Shown piece after piece: positions 14,175 through 26,813 of a DNA stretch of 64,000 bases; positions within the stretch are counted from its first letter, which is position 1; the number at the start of each line of letters is the position of its first letter. Source of the DNA: Octopus sinensis. Lineage: Eukaryota. The notes beneath the pieces were generated by a model. That model was not told the DNA's origin, searched no databases, and saw nothing but the letters and a program-made list of their open reading frames with translations. The position numbers and the translations under genes were made by a program. The stretch spans positions 55,738,001 through 55,802,000 of the forward strand of contig NC_042999.1 in NCBI RefSeq assembly GCF_006345805.1, written 5' to 3'.

Positions 14175-14554
14175 GAGGCGCAATGGCCCAGTGGTTAGGG
14201 CAGCGGACTCGCGGTCGTAGGATCGCGGTTTCGATTCCCAGACCGGGCATTGTGAGTGTTTATTGAGCGAAAACACCTAAAGCTTCACAAGGCTCCTGCA
14301 GGGGTGGGGGTGAACCCTGCTGTACTCTTTCACCACAACTTTCTCTCACTCTTTCTTCCTGTTTCTGTTGTACCTGTATTTCAAAGGGCCAGCCTTTTCA
14401 CACTCTATGTCACGCTGAATCTCCTCGAGAACTACGTTAAGGGTACACGTGTCTGTGGAATGCTCAGCCACTTGCACGTTAATTCCACGAGCAAGCTGTT
14501 CCGTTGATCGTATCAGCTGGGACCCTCATCGTCCTAACCGACGGAGTGCTCCTA
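14175..14554 (+). mobile_element. Full-length tRNA-derived SINE with 14-bp TSD
   Basis: Head with A box TGGCCCAGTGG and B box GGTTTCGATTCC; TSD TATATCCTTGACCG at 14161-14174 and 14555-14568. Confidence 0.9.
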
Positions 14555-14654
14555 TATATCCTTGACCGATCAGTGTTCAGGCTGGGCGGGGCATTAAGTT
14601 ATTCACAGCACCAGGTTGTTTATAAATAGATTGTAACAAACGACATACTAAACC

Positions 14655-14889
14655 TATTTCTTTATTGCCCACAAGGGGCTAAACACAGAGAGGACAAACA
14701 AGGACAGACAAACGTATTAAGTCGATTATATCGACTCCAGTGCGTAACTGGTACTTATTTAATCGACCCTGAAAGGATGAAAGGCAAAGTCGTCCTCGGC
14801 GAAATTTGAACTCAGAACGTAACGGCAGACGAAATACGGCTACGTATTTCGCCCGGCGTGCTAACGTTTCTGCCAGCTCGCCGCCAAAT
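14655..14889 (-). mobile_element. Full-length tRNA-derived SINE with 13-bp TSD
   Basis: Minus strand GGCGGCGAGCTGGCAGAAACGTTAG...GAGTTCAAATTTCG...tail CCTTGTGGGCAATAAAG; TSD GACATACTAAACC at 14642-14654 and 14890-14902. Confidence 0.9.
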
Positions 14890-14984
14890 GACATACTAAA
14901 CCGTTATAGATATAGGCAAAACTTGGGTATATACAGAATATGATGAGTAAGGATTGATACGCGGGTATAGATACAAGGGCGTTT

Positions 14985-15310
14985 GTGTATAGCGGATAGC
15001 ACTGCGTCGATTACAAACGATGAGGGTTCCAGTTGATCCGATCAACGGAACAACAGTAACATGAAAGTGGCTGAGTACTCCGCAAGAAGGTTTCCTTTTG
15101 ACGTAGTTCTGGAGGAGATCCAGCGTGATAAAGAACGTGACAAGGCTGGCCCTTTCAATTACTGGTACTACGTATGAACAAGATGAATCGACCTGGGGGA
15201 GCAGGACATAAAATGTCCGGCTCGAGGAGACAAGAGGCCGCAAGGAATTGAACTCATGATCTTGCGATCGTGAACCGAATACCCCTAACCACTAAGCCAC
15301 GCGTCTTAAG
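14985..15310 (-). mobile_element. Diverged tRNA-derived SINE (related to the 14175 family)
   Basis: Minus-strand head GTGGCTTAGTGGTTAGGG...GAGTTCAATTCC; tail GTTCCGTTGATCGGATCAACTGGAACCCTCATCG is shared with 14500-14535. Confidence 0.7.
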
Positions 15311-15681
15311 AAGCTCGCAATTCTTTCTTTCTTTTATTCTTGCTAAAGTTATAATAAAACGAACGCAAATCCATATTTGTACCTGCAAAAAATAAAAAAC
15401 AAAACTAATTAAATACAAAAGAAAAATTAAGAGGCGGTTAAAAACATATATAAATGTGTGTGTGTGTGTGTGTGTGTCTGTCTGTCTGTGTCTGCACGAG
15501 CGTGTGTGCGTGTGTGTATGTATGTAATACATGTATTTCATTATTCAGTATATTTCCAGTTTTCTTCCCAATAGAGAAAGAACCGGTTTCTAACCTAGAT
15601 CCAAGGCTTCTTCAATGGAATTTCAACGTCAACAACAGGGTATTTTTGTTTGTTTGTATGTATGTATATATGTGTATGTAT

Positions 15682-15800
15682 GTAAAGTGTTGTCGTCTCA
15701 AGAAAATATCGGGTTTCAGCTCGACAGGTTCTTCTTGATTGTGTTGAGGAAGATGAAAACTTAGAGAAAACAGTCATAACACGTGACGAATCGTGTGTCA
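15682..15800 (+). pseudogene. Mariner transposase fragment
   Basis: ..LDCVEEDENLEKTVITRDESCV (first catalytic D motif, TGDESW-like); same family as 32505-33380. Confidence 0.6.
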
Positions 15801-16069
15801 ATGGCTCATCATCATCATTGTGAAGAATGCGTTAAGTAAATAAAAAGCAAGCGATTATTAGAGAGCAATAGCCGCCTTAGCCGCGTGCATAAACGCGATG
15901 CGTCTGTGTGTTACGTACGCTACCGGACACACACTCGCGGGCGATATCGCCGCCGAGATGACAGCTTTTCGATCGAGCGCGTCGCCGGCCGCCAAGTCTT
16001 TGCTCGCTCCAAACGCTATTGCTCTCTACTACAAATTGCTTGTCTGCACCCAACTTTATTACTAATATA

Positions 16070-18345
16070 ATCATCGTCGTCGTCGTCATTATCATCATCA
16101 TCGATTAACGTCCGTTTTCCATGATGGCATGGGTTGGACAGTTTGACTGAAATCTTGGAGAGCCAGCTGCTGCAACAGGCTCCAATCTAGTCTAGCATAA
16201 TTTCTACATCTAAATGCCCTTCCTAACGCCAACTATTCCGAGAGTGTAGTGGGTGTTTTTTATGTCCCATCGGCACAGGTGCCAGCTAGCGGGTCACCGG
16301 CCCCCAGCTACGGTATTGGTTTTACTTGACTCAAGCATACTGCAAGCTTACGCATGTCCTCGGCATTCATGGCCTATGTTTCACTACCGTATAGCATGGC
16401 AGTTCACACACATGCATCATACAGTCCATCTTTCCCCCTGGGTGAGGGGCCATTAGCTGCCAGCAGAGGTAGGAGCTCCCTGAATTTGCCCAGGCTATTA
16501 TTACTCTAGTTGCTACACTCGCAGAGCAATCACCCCCACTACATACTTGGTCGCCTAGGTAGTAGAAAGTGTTTACTACTTCTAGTTTCTTCCCCAGGCA
16601 TGTAATGGAAGCTGTTTTCTGAACACCTTCAGTGTTATTCCCCCACTGCATCTGCCACACACAAGAAATAATTTTCCCAGTTAACCTTCCTTTGATATTG
16701 CTGCACCTTTTATGTGTCCATAGCTTACACCGGGTGCATCGTATGGAGTTTCTACCAATGCCTTTTCTACAGAGGAGTTTGTGATTTGACAGCCTGCACA
16801 CTAACTAAAACTTTGGTTTTGGCTAGGTTAACCCTAAGGCCATTCAATTCTAGACTTTGCTTCCACGCCCTTACCTTTGGCTCCAGTTCCGGCAGTGACT
16901 CTGCTATTAGTGCAAGGTCATCAGCATAGAGGAGCAGCCTGTCTTGAATTCCTCTGTTATTGCCTGGAGGACTATAATGAATAAGGGGGGGCTGAGGACT
17001 GATCTTAGGTTGACCCTTACCCCTACCCGATATTCTTCACTGTACTCGTTGCCAACCGTCACCTTACTGTACATGGCTTGTACAGCTCTCAATAAACATT
17101 CATCCATCCCTAGTCTCCTCATTGACCACCAGATAGGGGACCAGGGGACTCTGTCAATGAAAGCCAGGTACAGAGTTTTATCTTGGACTAGCTATTTTTC
17201 CTGCATCTGTCTTATCAGAAATATAGCATCAGTGGTGCTTTCCCCTGGCACGAACCGAAACTGCACCTCATCTAGACTGCCTCTCTCCCTAATTACTTGG
17301 GCTATGACCCTCTCCGTGACTTTCATTACCTGATCCAACAACTTGATACCTCTGTAATTATTTGTATCTAATGCGTCACCTTTACCCTTGTTAGCAGTTG
17401 ACTATGGTGCTGCTACACCAGTCATTGGGTATGACTCCTTCATGTATCACCTGGTTGACTAGGCTATAGCCGACACCGCCAGATATTTTGAGCATCTCTG
17501 TGGTGATTCCTGATTGTCCGGGGGCTTTCCCTGTCTTCATACCCTTAATTGCTTTACCTACCAAGGCACTGTCAATTTAGATAGATAGCTGGTCCCTCTG
17601 TTGGGCTGGCATTCGGCAGACTCTCTTTCTCACATTCATTCACTTTATTTAGCAAACTTTCATAATGGCGTCTCCAAACCTGTCTCTTTGCAGCTTCGTT
17701 TAAAGCAAGTGAACCGTCACCCATGAGGACACATTTCTCTCCTAGGACATCTCGATTCTCTCTCACACACTGTCTGGCAACAGGAAAATACTTCAAGTCT
17801 TTGGTCATCACGGCGCAGAACATTGGCAAATTTTTCATTATCTGCTTCCCCTCTGGCCAAATAAACCTATCTCCTAGCTTCCCTTTTGGCAGTCTGATAC
17901 AATTCCCTGCTATCACCGGTCTTCCAGTCCTTCAAAGCCTGTTTCTTTTCCTTACTAGCCCTGTCAACAACATTGTTCCACCACCACGTTACCTTGGGTT
18001 AAGAGGAAACTTTGCACCATCCACAGATCTGGTCACTAGCCATCAAAAGGTTGTCCTGTAGAAACCTCCAGTTGTCTTCCACAGCTTTGAGTAATATGTC
18101 TCTCAATCTCTTTTTGCAGGATCCTTAAGCTTCCAGACCCTTCTCCTCCATTCTGGTCATCTTCTGGGCATCCATTTAGCCCTGATCCTGAAGTCGCTAA
18201 CTACTAATCTATGTTGTGGGGTACATTCTTCACCTGGGAAGGTTTAGGCATTTACAAGTAGTCGTCTTTCCTGTTTCCTAGTGAGGATGTAGTCAATTTG
18301 ACTAGTGTGTCTACCAGATTGGCAGGTGACTAAATGGCCCTGAAT
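16070..18345 (-). mobile_element. 5'-truncated RTE-clade LINE (APE C-terminus, RT, C-terminal Cys-rich finger), frameshifted
   Basis: SQIDYILTRKQ..FPGEECTPQHRLVVSDF (APE end); KVTVGNEYSEEYRVGVRVNLRSVLSPPLFIIVLQAIT (RT); CRKGIGRNSIRCTRCKLWTHKRCSNI; (GAT)n 3' tail at 16070-16102. Confidence 0.9.
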
Positions 18346-20129
18346 ATGCTAATCAATTACCATTTAGTAATTATGATACTTCTACAATTGAAAATAATTT
18401 TAATAAATAATGAATTTATGTATTGTGGCATATGATACTTGTCAATTGTCTACATTGTTCACATAAATGCCAGTACCAGGCAGAGGTGGTTTCCAGCAGT
18501 AAGAGAAGCTTAAGAATAAATAAATGGAAATTTGTCGGCAGGACAAAGTTAGTAACCTTAAGTCACCTCTTACACTCTCAGTGTTGTGATGAGAGCCAAG
18601 GTACCCTCTTGTGAGGAATGGACTGAACCGAGAGAGTGTATATAGTTTGTGTTATTTCATAGTGAAGTTCAAGAGTGTGGGTTGGTTTGTTCATTTGGAA
18701 TATTTGTTGGTTCTTGAGAGATAGTTATGTTGTTATTGCTGCTGCATTATCTTATTTTATCACACTGGTACCACATATTTTAGGCCATTATCGCAATAGT
18801 GGTGGTACTACTATATTGGATGCAAACCATGTTACAGCATCTGGCGACAAAAGGCTCGAAGATCACGTAGCATGTAATTCACCTGCAAACTAAGCATTAA
18901 ATTCTTTCTTACCAGATTGTCAGCCTTCTGAAATTCCCTTGTCCATGTTATTTCCTCTGCAGCCATCCACACATTTTATTCAAGATCAACTACGTCAATC
19001 TTACCACTTTTGAAGGCACAGCTCTTGTCTCAGAAGGAATGCAAAAGGCAAGGATACAGCCCCCTTTATCCAGCCAAATTGTTCAAATAAAATATGGAAA
19101 AAAAACCCTAACACCCACTACTATTCCTGTGAATTAGTAAGCTGTAAACTATATCAAACTGAGCCCACATCATCATCTTTAACATGTCTCACTGCTAGAA
19201 CCTATTACTAAATATTTTATCCAATCATTTATCTCCAGAATGGCAGCTTCTACATGGAATCACATTCTCATCAGACATTAATTTACACAAGTTGAAAAAA
19301 GACATCATCTACATTCACATTAACAGTTTAGGAAAGCCTGCAGATGTTCTCTTGCTCGCACTTTATATTAATACAAATAAGAATTTCTAACAAAGGTACA
19401 TAGCCAAAAATTTTATAGGAGGAAATAATGTCAACTATATTGACCCACTCCTTATCTAGTGTTTTATTTCATTGCCCACAAAAAAAAAGAGAAATGTGAA
19501 GTGTGTTGACAATGCTAACTAACCCTTTCATGACTTAAATTCTGATAGGTAAACTGTTTCATTAAATCTCTAGTGCCAGTTTAGCATACAGTAAACGTGG
19601 CCATTTACAATTTAGTATGCTATCTGTTGCCAATTCTAGACCATAACTCTAACCCTAACATAAACCATAACAAGGCATAGTCTACATAGTTACAAGCAGA
19701 TAGACAGTCTACTGACCTTCTCACCTTTATCTCATAATTTTGTTGATCCAAACACCAGATTAATAATTAAAGAAAGTAGTTATTTTACTTAGACTGTTCA
19801 AATTGATTATGCGTATTTCATTGGGAACATGACTATAAAAGAATTTAGCATCAAATTTGATTTCAACTTACATTTTCCACAGCTATTCTAACAACAGTGT
19901 AATAATACTTCTGTAACCTCTCAGAGGAAACATGACTCCTCCTTCACTCCTCTCCACCATTCATTTATGGTTTGAGAATAATTCTATAATTGTTGTAAAC
20001 TGGAATGGAACTTACTCTCTTTCTGCTCACAGCCATTCTCCATTTAATGCTACTTGGTTTGCATCTTTTAGAGAGATAGATTAGATATAATAAACTCAAA
20101 GAGCAACTAGAAAGAGAAAGTAGTATCTA

Positions 20130-20570
20130 ACTTAGGATGTCTCATAGATAGTGGTGGCAATGGTGTTGGAGGTAGTAGATGTGGTTATCATGGCAGTGGT
20201 GGTGGTGGTGTAGTGGTGACAGTGGATGTGTATGATGGCAGCAATTATAGTGTTGGTGTTTTTGTAGAGGTGGTGGTGGTGGTGGTGGTGGCGGCAGTGG
20301 ATGATGATGATAATGATGATGATAGTAGTAGTAGCATTGATTATGTTAGGATGTCTCATGGATGGTAGTGTTGAAGACATTGCAGAGTGTAGTGGTGGTG
20401 AAATTGGTGATTTTGAATATGATGCTGGTATTGATCTTGGGGTTGTGGTTGCAGAAGATGGTTGTGGTGGTGGCATTGGAGGTTATAGTAATGGTTGTAG
20501 TGGTGGTTGTGAAGATGATTCTGATATTGATAGTCTTTGCATTGAGGTGGTGGCAGAGTCAGAGTAAATA
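20130..20570. repeat. Degenerate (GGT)n/(GAT)n trinucleotide low-complexity tract
   Basis: Directly visible; yields spurious His/Thr-rich ORFs. Confidence 0.9.
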
Positions 20571-20799
20571 ATAAGAGCCCAGTTAACACAAGATTCTTAA
20601 ATTTCGGAGATCATAAGATAGAGAGCAAGAAGTTAAAAGTTCCACTACTGGCCCAATTCCTACACCCCAGATTCTTCAACTATTTTATAAGAAAGGGGTT
20701 AATGGCAGGATAGGGATTCAGCTTAAAAATAAATTGTATAACAAAAAATACATAAATAAATTACTGCTCCAACGATGTATTATGTGTGTATGTATGTAT

Positions 20800-20885
<86 letters not shown>

Positions 20886-21164
20886 GCAATGCAAACAATG
20901 GAAAATAATTTAAACACTCATTTTCTGATGTCTAAGGATGGATATTCATGCGTATGAATCTTTTTATTTTTATTTTCTTTCAAATATAATTCTAGGGAAC
21001 TGAAAAAGCTGTGTACGATGCCAAGCGAATTTAGCTATTTACGATGAGCGGATGTTTACGTTACAAACGAATTTGTAGGTCTGTTTACATGTTTACGTTA
21101 ACTACGTCACAAAATAGCTGTTTACGTCACAGTAACAATATTTTGAGAGGCAGTAAATAATATG

Positions 21165-21350
21165 AGGTCGAAAGAAAGAATACCATTGGTTAAAATTCGA
21201 TTTATTAAACAACGGTAAACTTAGAAATTACAATTCCGTTTTCATTTTGGTTTACAATTATGTTTTCTTTTGACACATTCTACCAGTATACGAAGTTTCA
21301 AATTGTTTAGTTAACTAGGAAAATCTGGCCTTCAAACTGAAAAGATCCCA
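21165..21350. mobile_element. Solo arm of the MITE family at 1846-2935
   Basis: TTTTGACACATTCTACCAGTATACGAAGTTTCAAATTGTTTAGTTAACTAGGAAAATCTGGCCTTCAAA is identical to 2850-2925. Confidence 0.7.
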
Positions 21351-23421
21351 AATATTATATATATATATTATTATATATATATATATATATATATATGCAT
21401 GTTTTATATATATATATATACATATATATATTATATACATACATACATAAATACATACATACATATATATGTATATATGTATATATATATATATGTGTGT
21501 ATATATATATATATATATAATATTTTAACTCCCTTCTGTATCTAATTATACTAGTGGTCTTCTACAATTTTAAAACATGCAACTTATAAATCTATAAATT
21601 TATAATTTTATATAATTTTGTAGCTACACATGTATAAAAATATATATGTCCAGTATTAATTGTTTTTTGTATGTGGGTTTTTTTGTCTTGTTTTATAAGG
21701 GAAATACACTACGGCAAGAAATAATATATTCATTTTGGTATTTGCTTTGTAATATGTGATTCTTGAAGTTTTCTAAAATTACAGAGTGTGTATGAATATC
21801 ATAGTTAGATACCTGGTTTTAGATACTGTAATACTATTATGTAATATATGAGAGTCTATTTGGGAGTTTGTTTGTTTAGGTTGAGAATATGGGTTTTTGT
21901 AGGTTTTTATTTGGCAGGCTTATATATTGTATATTTGGTGTATCTTTGTACTCACCTAAATTTGTATCTTATGCTATTTATTAATAAACCTATTCATTTA
22001 CTCACATTTGGCTTTATAAATATTAGCAGTCTTATATATTTAGTCTATATTGTAGTCTTCTGGATTTGTACATTATGTTATTCATCTATTCATTTTTTTA
22101 CTCATTATCTACAGGTATAAATTTACATAATATTAGCCTGTATACTAAGTTTATATAAGTACTTTCTTCAATATATATCTTCACTTTATTTTATGTTATT
22201 TATTTACATATATACTCTTTTATGCATATGTGGATATATGCATATTAGCATTACTATATATTAGGTGTACCTGTACCTATGTATTTATCTGAATTTGTTT
22301 TCTATGGTATCTATCTATTCATTTAGTCATTTACTTATTTATTTATTTACTTATTTAAGTGTAGATATATACATACATATCAATTATTTATTTTAATAAT
22401 ATATGGATACATGTATACTAGTTTGTACTTATACTATGTATGTAATTTTAATTATTTCTTCTTATTTATTTTATCACATTTTAAACTTAAGTAATTACAA
22501 TTTATTAACATATAATTAATTTAATTCCTGTTATTTACTTATATACAATTGTATTGGTAAGTCCCCCATTGATATTATTTAATGCCAAATCTTGTTAATT
22601 ATTACATTTGTTATCTATGTGTCCACGGATGCTTAAAAGTATATTTATATATAAGTACTATGAATTTTTTCTCGCGAGTCACATATGAAAATAGACGGTG
22701 CGTTTGTGTATATCTGCTGATACACATGAGTATTTTTATGGGCATGTATATTTGAGTGTAATTCTATTAGTTCGTAGGTTAGGTTCTTTGATGGATAAAT
22801 ATTAATATTATAATGGCATTGGATTTATTACGTAGAAAAGATATATATTTAAACTATAAAAAATTAATATATACTTTATAACTTAGCGTACATGTGATTA
22901 TAGCAAATTACGGTTAAATCAGTAAACGTTATGTTGACTACAGAAAAAAACGGTGTCACATGCTGCGTGTACCCGCGAAAATTATATTCGATGTCTTGAT
23001 ATATAAATATATGTATCTTTATAACAAATATTTTATGGAAATATGTAAGTGGATCTCTTTAGTTAATTTAGTGGTATGGTTGTCGTTTTGAGAGGCTGGA
23101 TGGCTGCATAGCTAGGATTATACCTCTTTTATTATTTATTTATTTATGTGTTTGACGTTGTTTGTGGATATGTATGTGTATGAGTGTATGTGTGTGTGTA
23201 TACATATAATTATGTATGTATGTGCGATTGATCTGTGGATGTGCGTGTGCGTATGTGCGTTTCTTGACTAACTAACCGTAAAATTTCTTTTGTGATTCAA
23301 ATTTTAAACTATAAGCCAATCGAATTAATCTAGAATAATCAATATCAAGCGGAGTGAATAATCAGACTCATAGATATGTCGATGTCCGATGGATGTACTT
23401 GGTACAGACATAATTTGTATC

Positions 23422-23482
<61 letters not shown>

Positions 23483-23825
23483 ATCAATAGTAATTTTTAT
23501 TGACTTTTACAGGTTTATAATTTTATGAACTGAACTGTGTGTTTTTTTATTATTTTTCATGTATAGGTCTGATTTTAATTTAAATGTGAGTGTGCATATA
23601 TTTTCCTGTGTGTTAGTTTTTAGAACTAGTAGCCCAATATGTAGAATAACTGTGTTTGTTAATATATATTGATATATTTTGTTTTGTTTATTTTGTATTA
23701 TTGTATTAATGAGTATATATATATATGTGTAGTATTATGTGTGTCTATGCACACGTTTTTATATTTTATATTTTTATATTTATATGTATAAAAAAATTTT
23801 TTTTCACATTTATAATAAATTAAAT

Positions 23826-23936
23826 TCTCTGAAGAGGCCGTGTGGCATCCTTGTTAATGTCTCATTTATACCTGCCTTATATGGCTTATAGGTTAAATGA
23901 GGCATGCTTGCCCTTACGGCCGAAACAGCTGTCAGA
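23826..23936 (+). ncRNA. Type I hammerhead ribozyme with long stem II insertion
   Basis: TCT-CTGAAGA-GGCCGT-(74 nt hairpin)-ACGGCC-GAAAC-AGCT-GTC-AGA. All core nucleotides canonical; palindromic stem III ACAGCTGT. Confidence 0.8.
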
Positions 23937-24121
23937 TATGTTATAATTATATATTATATTTTATATTTTATATGTCTATTTCATTGTCTAATTATATTTA
24001 CTATATATTTTGTATAATGCCTTTACTGTTATGTAATGGTGTAATAAAGTATTGATTGGGTATCATCAGATGGTTGATATTTGATTGATTTAAGTATGTT
24101 TCTCCATTTTCTAATTTTGTA

Positions 24122-24174
<53 letters not shown>

Positions 24175-24176
24175 TA

Positions 24177-24801
24177 TGTGAGGTATACTTGCCATCTCAA
24201 TATGGCTAACCACTAAGGGTGGGTGTTACTGTAGCTTGTAGCCCCAGGAGAACATCGTCTCCAGCTGGCTTTAGGCACACTTTCTGTGCCCTTATGGTAT
24301 TTGCAAAGGGAGGTCATCCATCCCTCGTCAACCTAAGTGATACGCACGGACTGCACCCACCCTTAGTGGTTAGCCACATTGAGATGGCAAGTATACCTCA
24401 CATTGTCGTGCAGTTACTGTTTATACCTCGTTCAGAGATTTATTATTGCTTGCATACAATTTTTCGAGATCGGTGACGAAAAGTTACTGGAAAAACGATA
24501 AAAGTATTTGCATTGGGACATCCCTTCATAAAAAACCGGTGATTGTCGTATGCCGACGACAGGTCAATACCTAGAAACTGCAGTCCGTGCGTATCACTTA
24601 GGTTGACGAGGGAGGAATGACCTCCCTTTGCAAATACCATAAGAGCACAGAAAGTGTGCCTAAAGCCAGCTGGAGACGATGTTCTCCTGGGGCTACAAGC
24701 TACAGTAACACCCACCCTTAGTGGATAGCCATATTGAGATGGCAAGTATACCTCACATTGTCGTGCAGTTACTGTTTATACCTCGTTCAGAGATTTATTA
24801 T

Positions 24802-24892
<91 letters not shown>

Positions 24893-25085
24893 GAGCGTGG
24901 TATAAACAGTAGCTGCACGACATCGTGAAGTATATTTGCCGCTTAAGTGTGGCTAGCCCTTAAGGGTTGATGCTACTGTAGCTTGTAGCCTCAGGAAAGC
25001 ATCTCCAGCTGGCTATTGACACACCTTCTGTGCCCTATCAGTATTTGCAAAGGGAAGTCATCTTTTCCATCTCCAGCCTGATGTA
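24177..25085. repeat. Interspersed repeat in direct and inverted local copies plus one diverged copy
   Basis: 24209-24353 inverted at 24580-24724; 24358-24447 repeated at 24715-24803; diverged copy 24945-25080. Confidence 0.8.
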
Positions 25086-25149
25086 TTTTAAATGCTTGCT
25101 TCAGCAGGCTATCATTTGATATGATGAATATTTATTAGAAATATTTCTT

Positions 25150-25735
25150 TTTGAACTCCTCAAAAAGTTTGAATTGTTCTACTTGAACTTATTCTTTCTC
25201 AATGCTCAACAATATCAATAGCAACATACAATTCACCATGGAACACAGCAATAAACAACTCCCTCTTCTTGACATCCTAATTAAAATAGTCAATAACGAC
25301 ATCGAAACGGATATCTTCTATAAACCCACAGATTCAAAGCAATACCTATTATTCAACTCATGCCACCCCAAACACGTAAACATTAATATACCTTATAATC
25401 TAGCGAAAAGGATCTGTACCATGCTCGAGACATTACCCAACATCATTAATAAATGATGGGTTTAAACGAGCAAAGGAAATAGACATACGAACATTAAGGG
25501 AAACCAACCGAAATACTACACCATACTTAAAAATACTCCCATACATCTCCACACATAACCCTAGAAACAATGAAGTCTTCAACATTATCATCCAAAATCT
25601 ACCCATTCTCACAGGAGATAAAACAATGAAGATTTTAGGCTCACACAAAATTATCAAGAGCAAAATGCAACCGAAATCATTGAAATATATTAACCAACGC
25701 AAGACTATAGCCATTAACAACCTTAAATAATTTTT
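25150..25735 (+). pseudogene. Penelope-like element RT C-terminal/thumb fragment
   Basis: LNNINSNIQFTMEHSNKQLPLLDILI..ETDIFYKPTDSKQYLLFNSCHPKH..IPYNLAKRICT, typical of PLE RT. Confidence 0.85.
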
Positions 25736-25857
25736 TACGGATACAACTGCTTACAAAAATGGGGATTAATGTATAATTTCTGTCTATGTTCATAATTTTT
25801 TGTTTATAATATTGAAAAAAATATGCCACCAAAGAAAAGATGTAATTTCTCCAGAAA

Positions 25858-25899
<42 letters not shown>

Positions 25900-26764
25900 C
25901 ACGTGTATGTATGCACGATCGAGCATGTGTGGAGCTTGGGTAGTGAATTATAATTTAATCTATGTGAGATGTGCCGAACAACTCAACGACTAGTTAGTGC
26001 TGTGACATACTGTGCTTATGGATTAAACAAAAAGAAACACATTCAATATACAACATGAAGAAATTATGGAAATATTGACAATAATTTACTTCACGCCAGC
26101 TGGCAATTCACCTTGTCCACCGCCGTTGAATTAAAGACAGCCGTTTCTCCATTCAGAATACGGCATTTATTGACGTCATGAGAGGGTGGTACATAAATCG
26201 ACCAGAAACGGACAAAAAAATAAAGTGGTTACTTTGTATATGAACAATCAAAAATATGTTCTATTCTATTCTACAGTGGTGGTATTGGGGTGCTGAATAT
26301 AAATAAGTTTGGTTGTTTATATAATTGCTTGAAGTAGCATCGTAAATAGATAAACAAGGACCTACGTAGTATAAATTCTTGTGAGCGAGATATTCATTTA
26401 ATCTTTGACTGCACGACGATTTAACAGGTAGCCAGTGCTATGAATTTTATGTATGTGAATTAAGCAAACTGAAAGAGAGGATCTCATACACTACATTAAG
26501 AAAAATTGATATTCGCCTTTTTTTAGTTACAGGATATCACACGTAGATACATTCTCTCTTTCGTATCTAATGTACATTTCAATCAATATATGGCTCACGC
26601 ATATAAACACACACATTGATACACACAACACATATACAAGCACAATTCGCCCTCCTCCTCCTCACCCCCATCTTCCTCCTTCACCACCACCGACATCAAG
26701 AGAAGCCAATACTCATGTATTAAACTATTATAAAGCAAATGTTTATATCCACGCTTTTTTTATG

Positions 26765-26782
26765 TGTGTGTACGTACGTATG

Positions 26783-26813
<31 letters not shown>

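Noticed and set aside
14175-14250. tRNA-like A/B boxes here and at 31692, 41707, 46300
   Set aside because: They continue into SINE bodies and no full cloverleaf is evident; not tRNA genes.
18817-19050. Minus-strand frame MAAEEITWTREFQKADNL with a GTAAGA donor at 18911, reading on to VNYMLRDLRAFCRQML*
   Set aside because: Only ~49 codons, with in-frame stops just upstream, several mutually incompatible splice options and no recognisable homologue. Worth an RNA-seq look but not supportable as a feature.
20132-20589. His/Thr/Pro-rich ORFs
   Set aside because: Product of the degenerate (GGT)n/(GAT)n tract.
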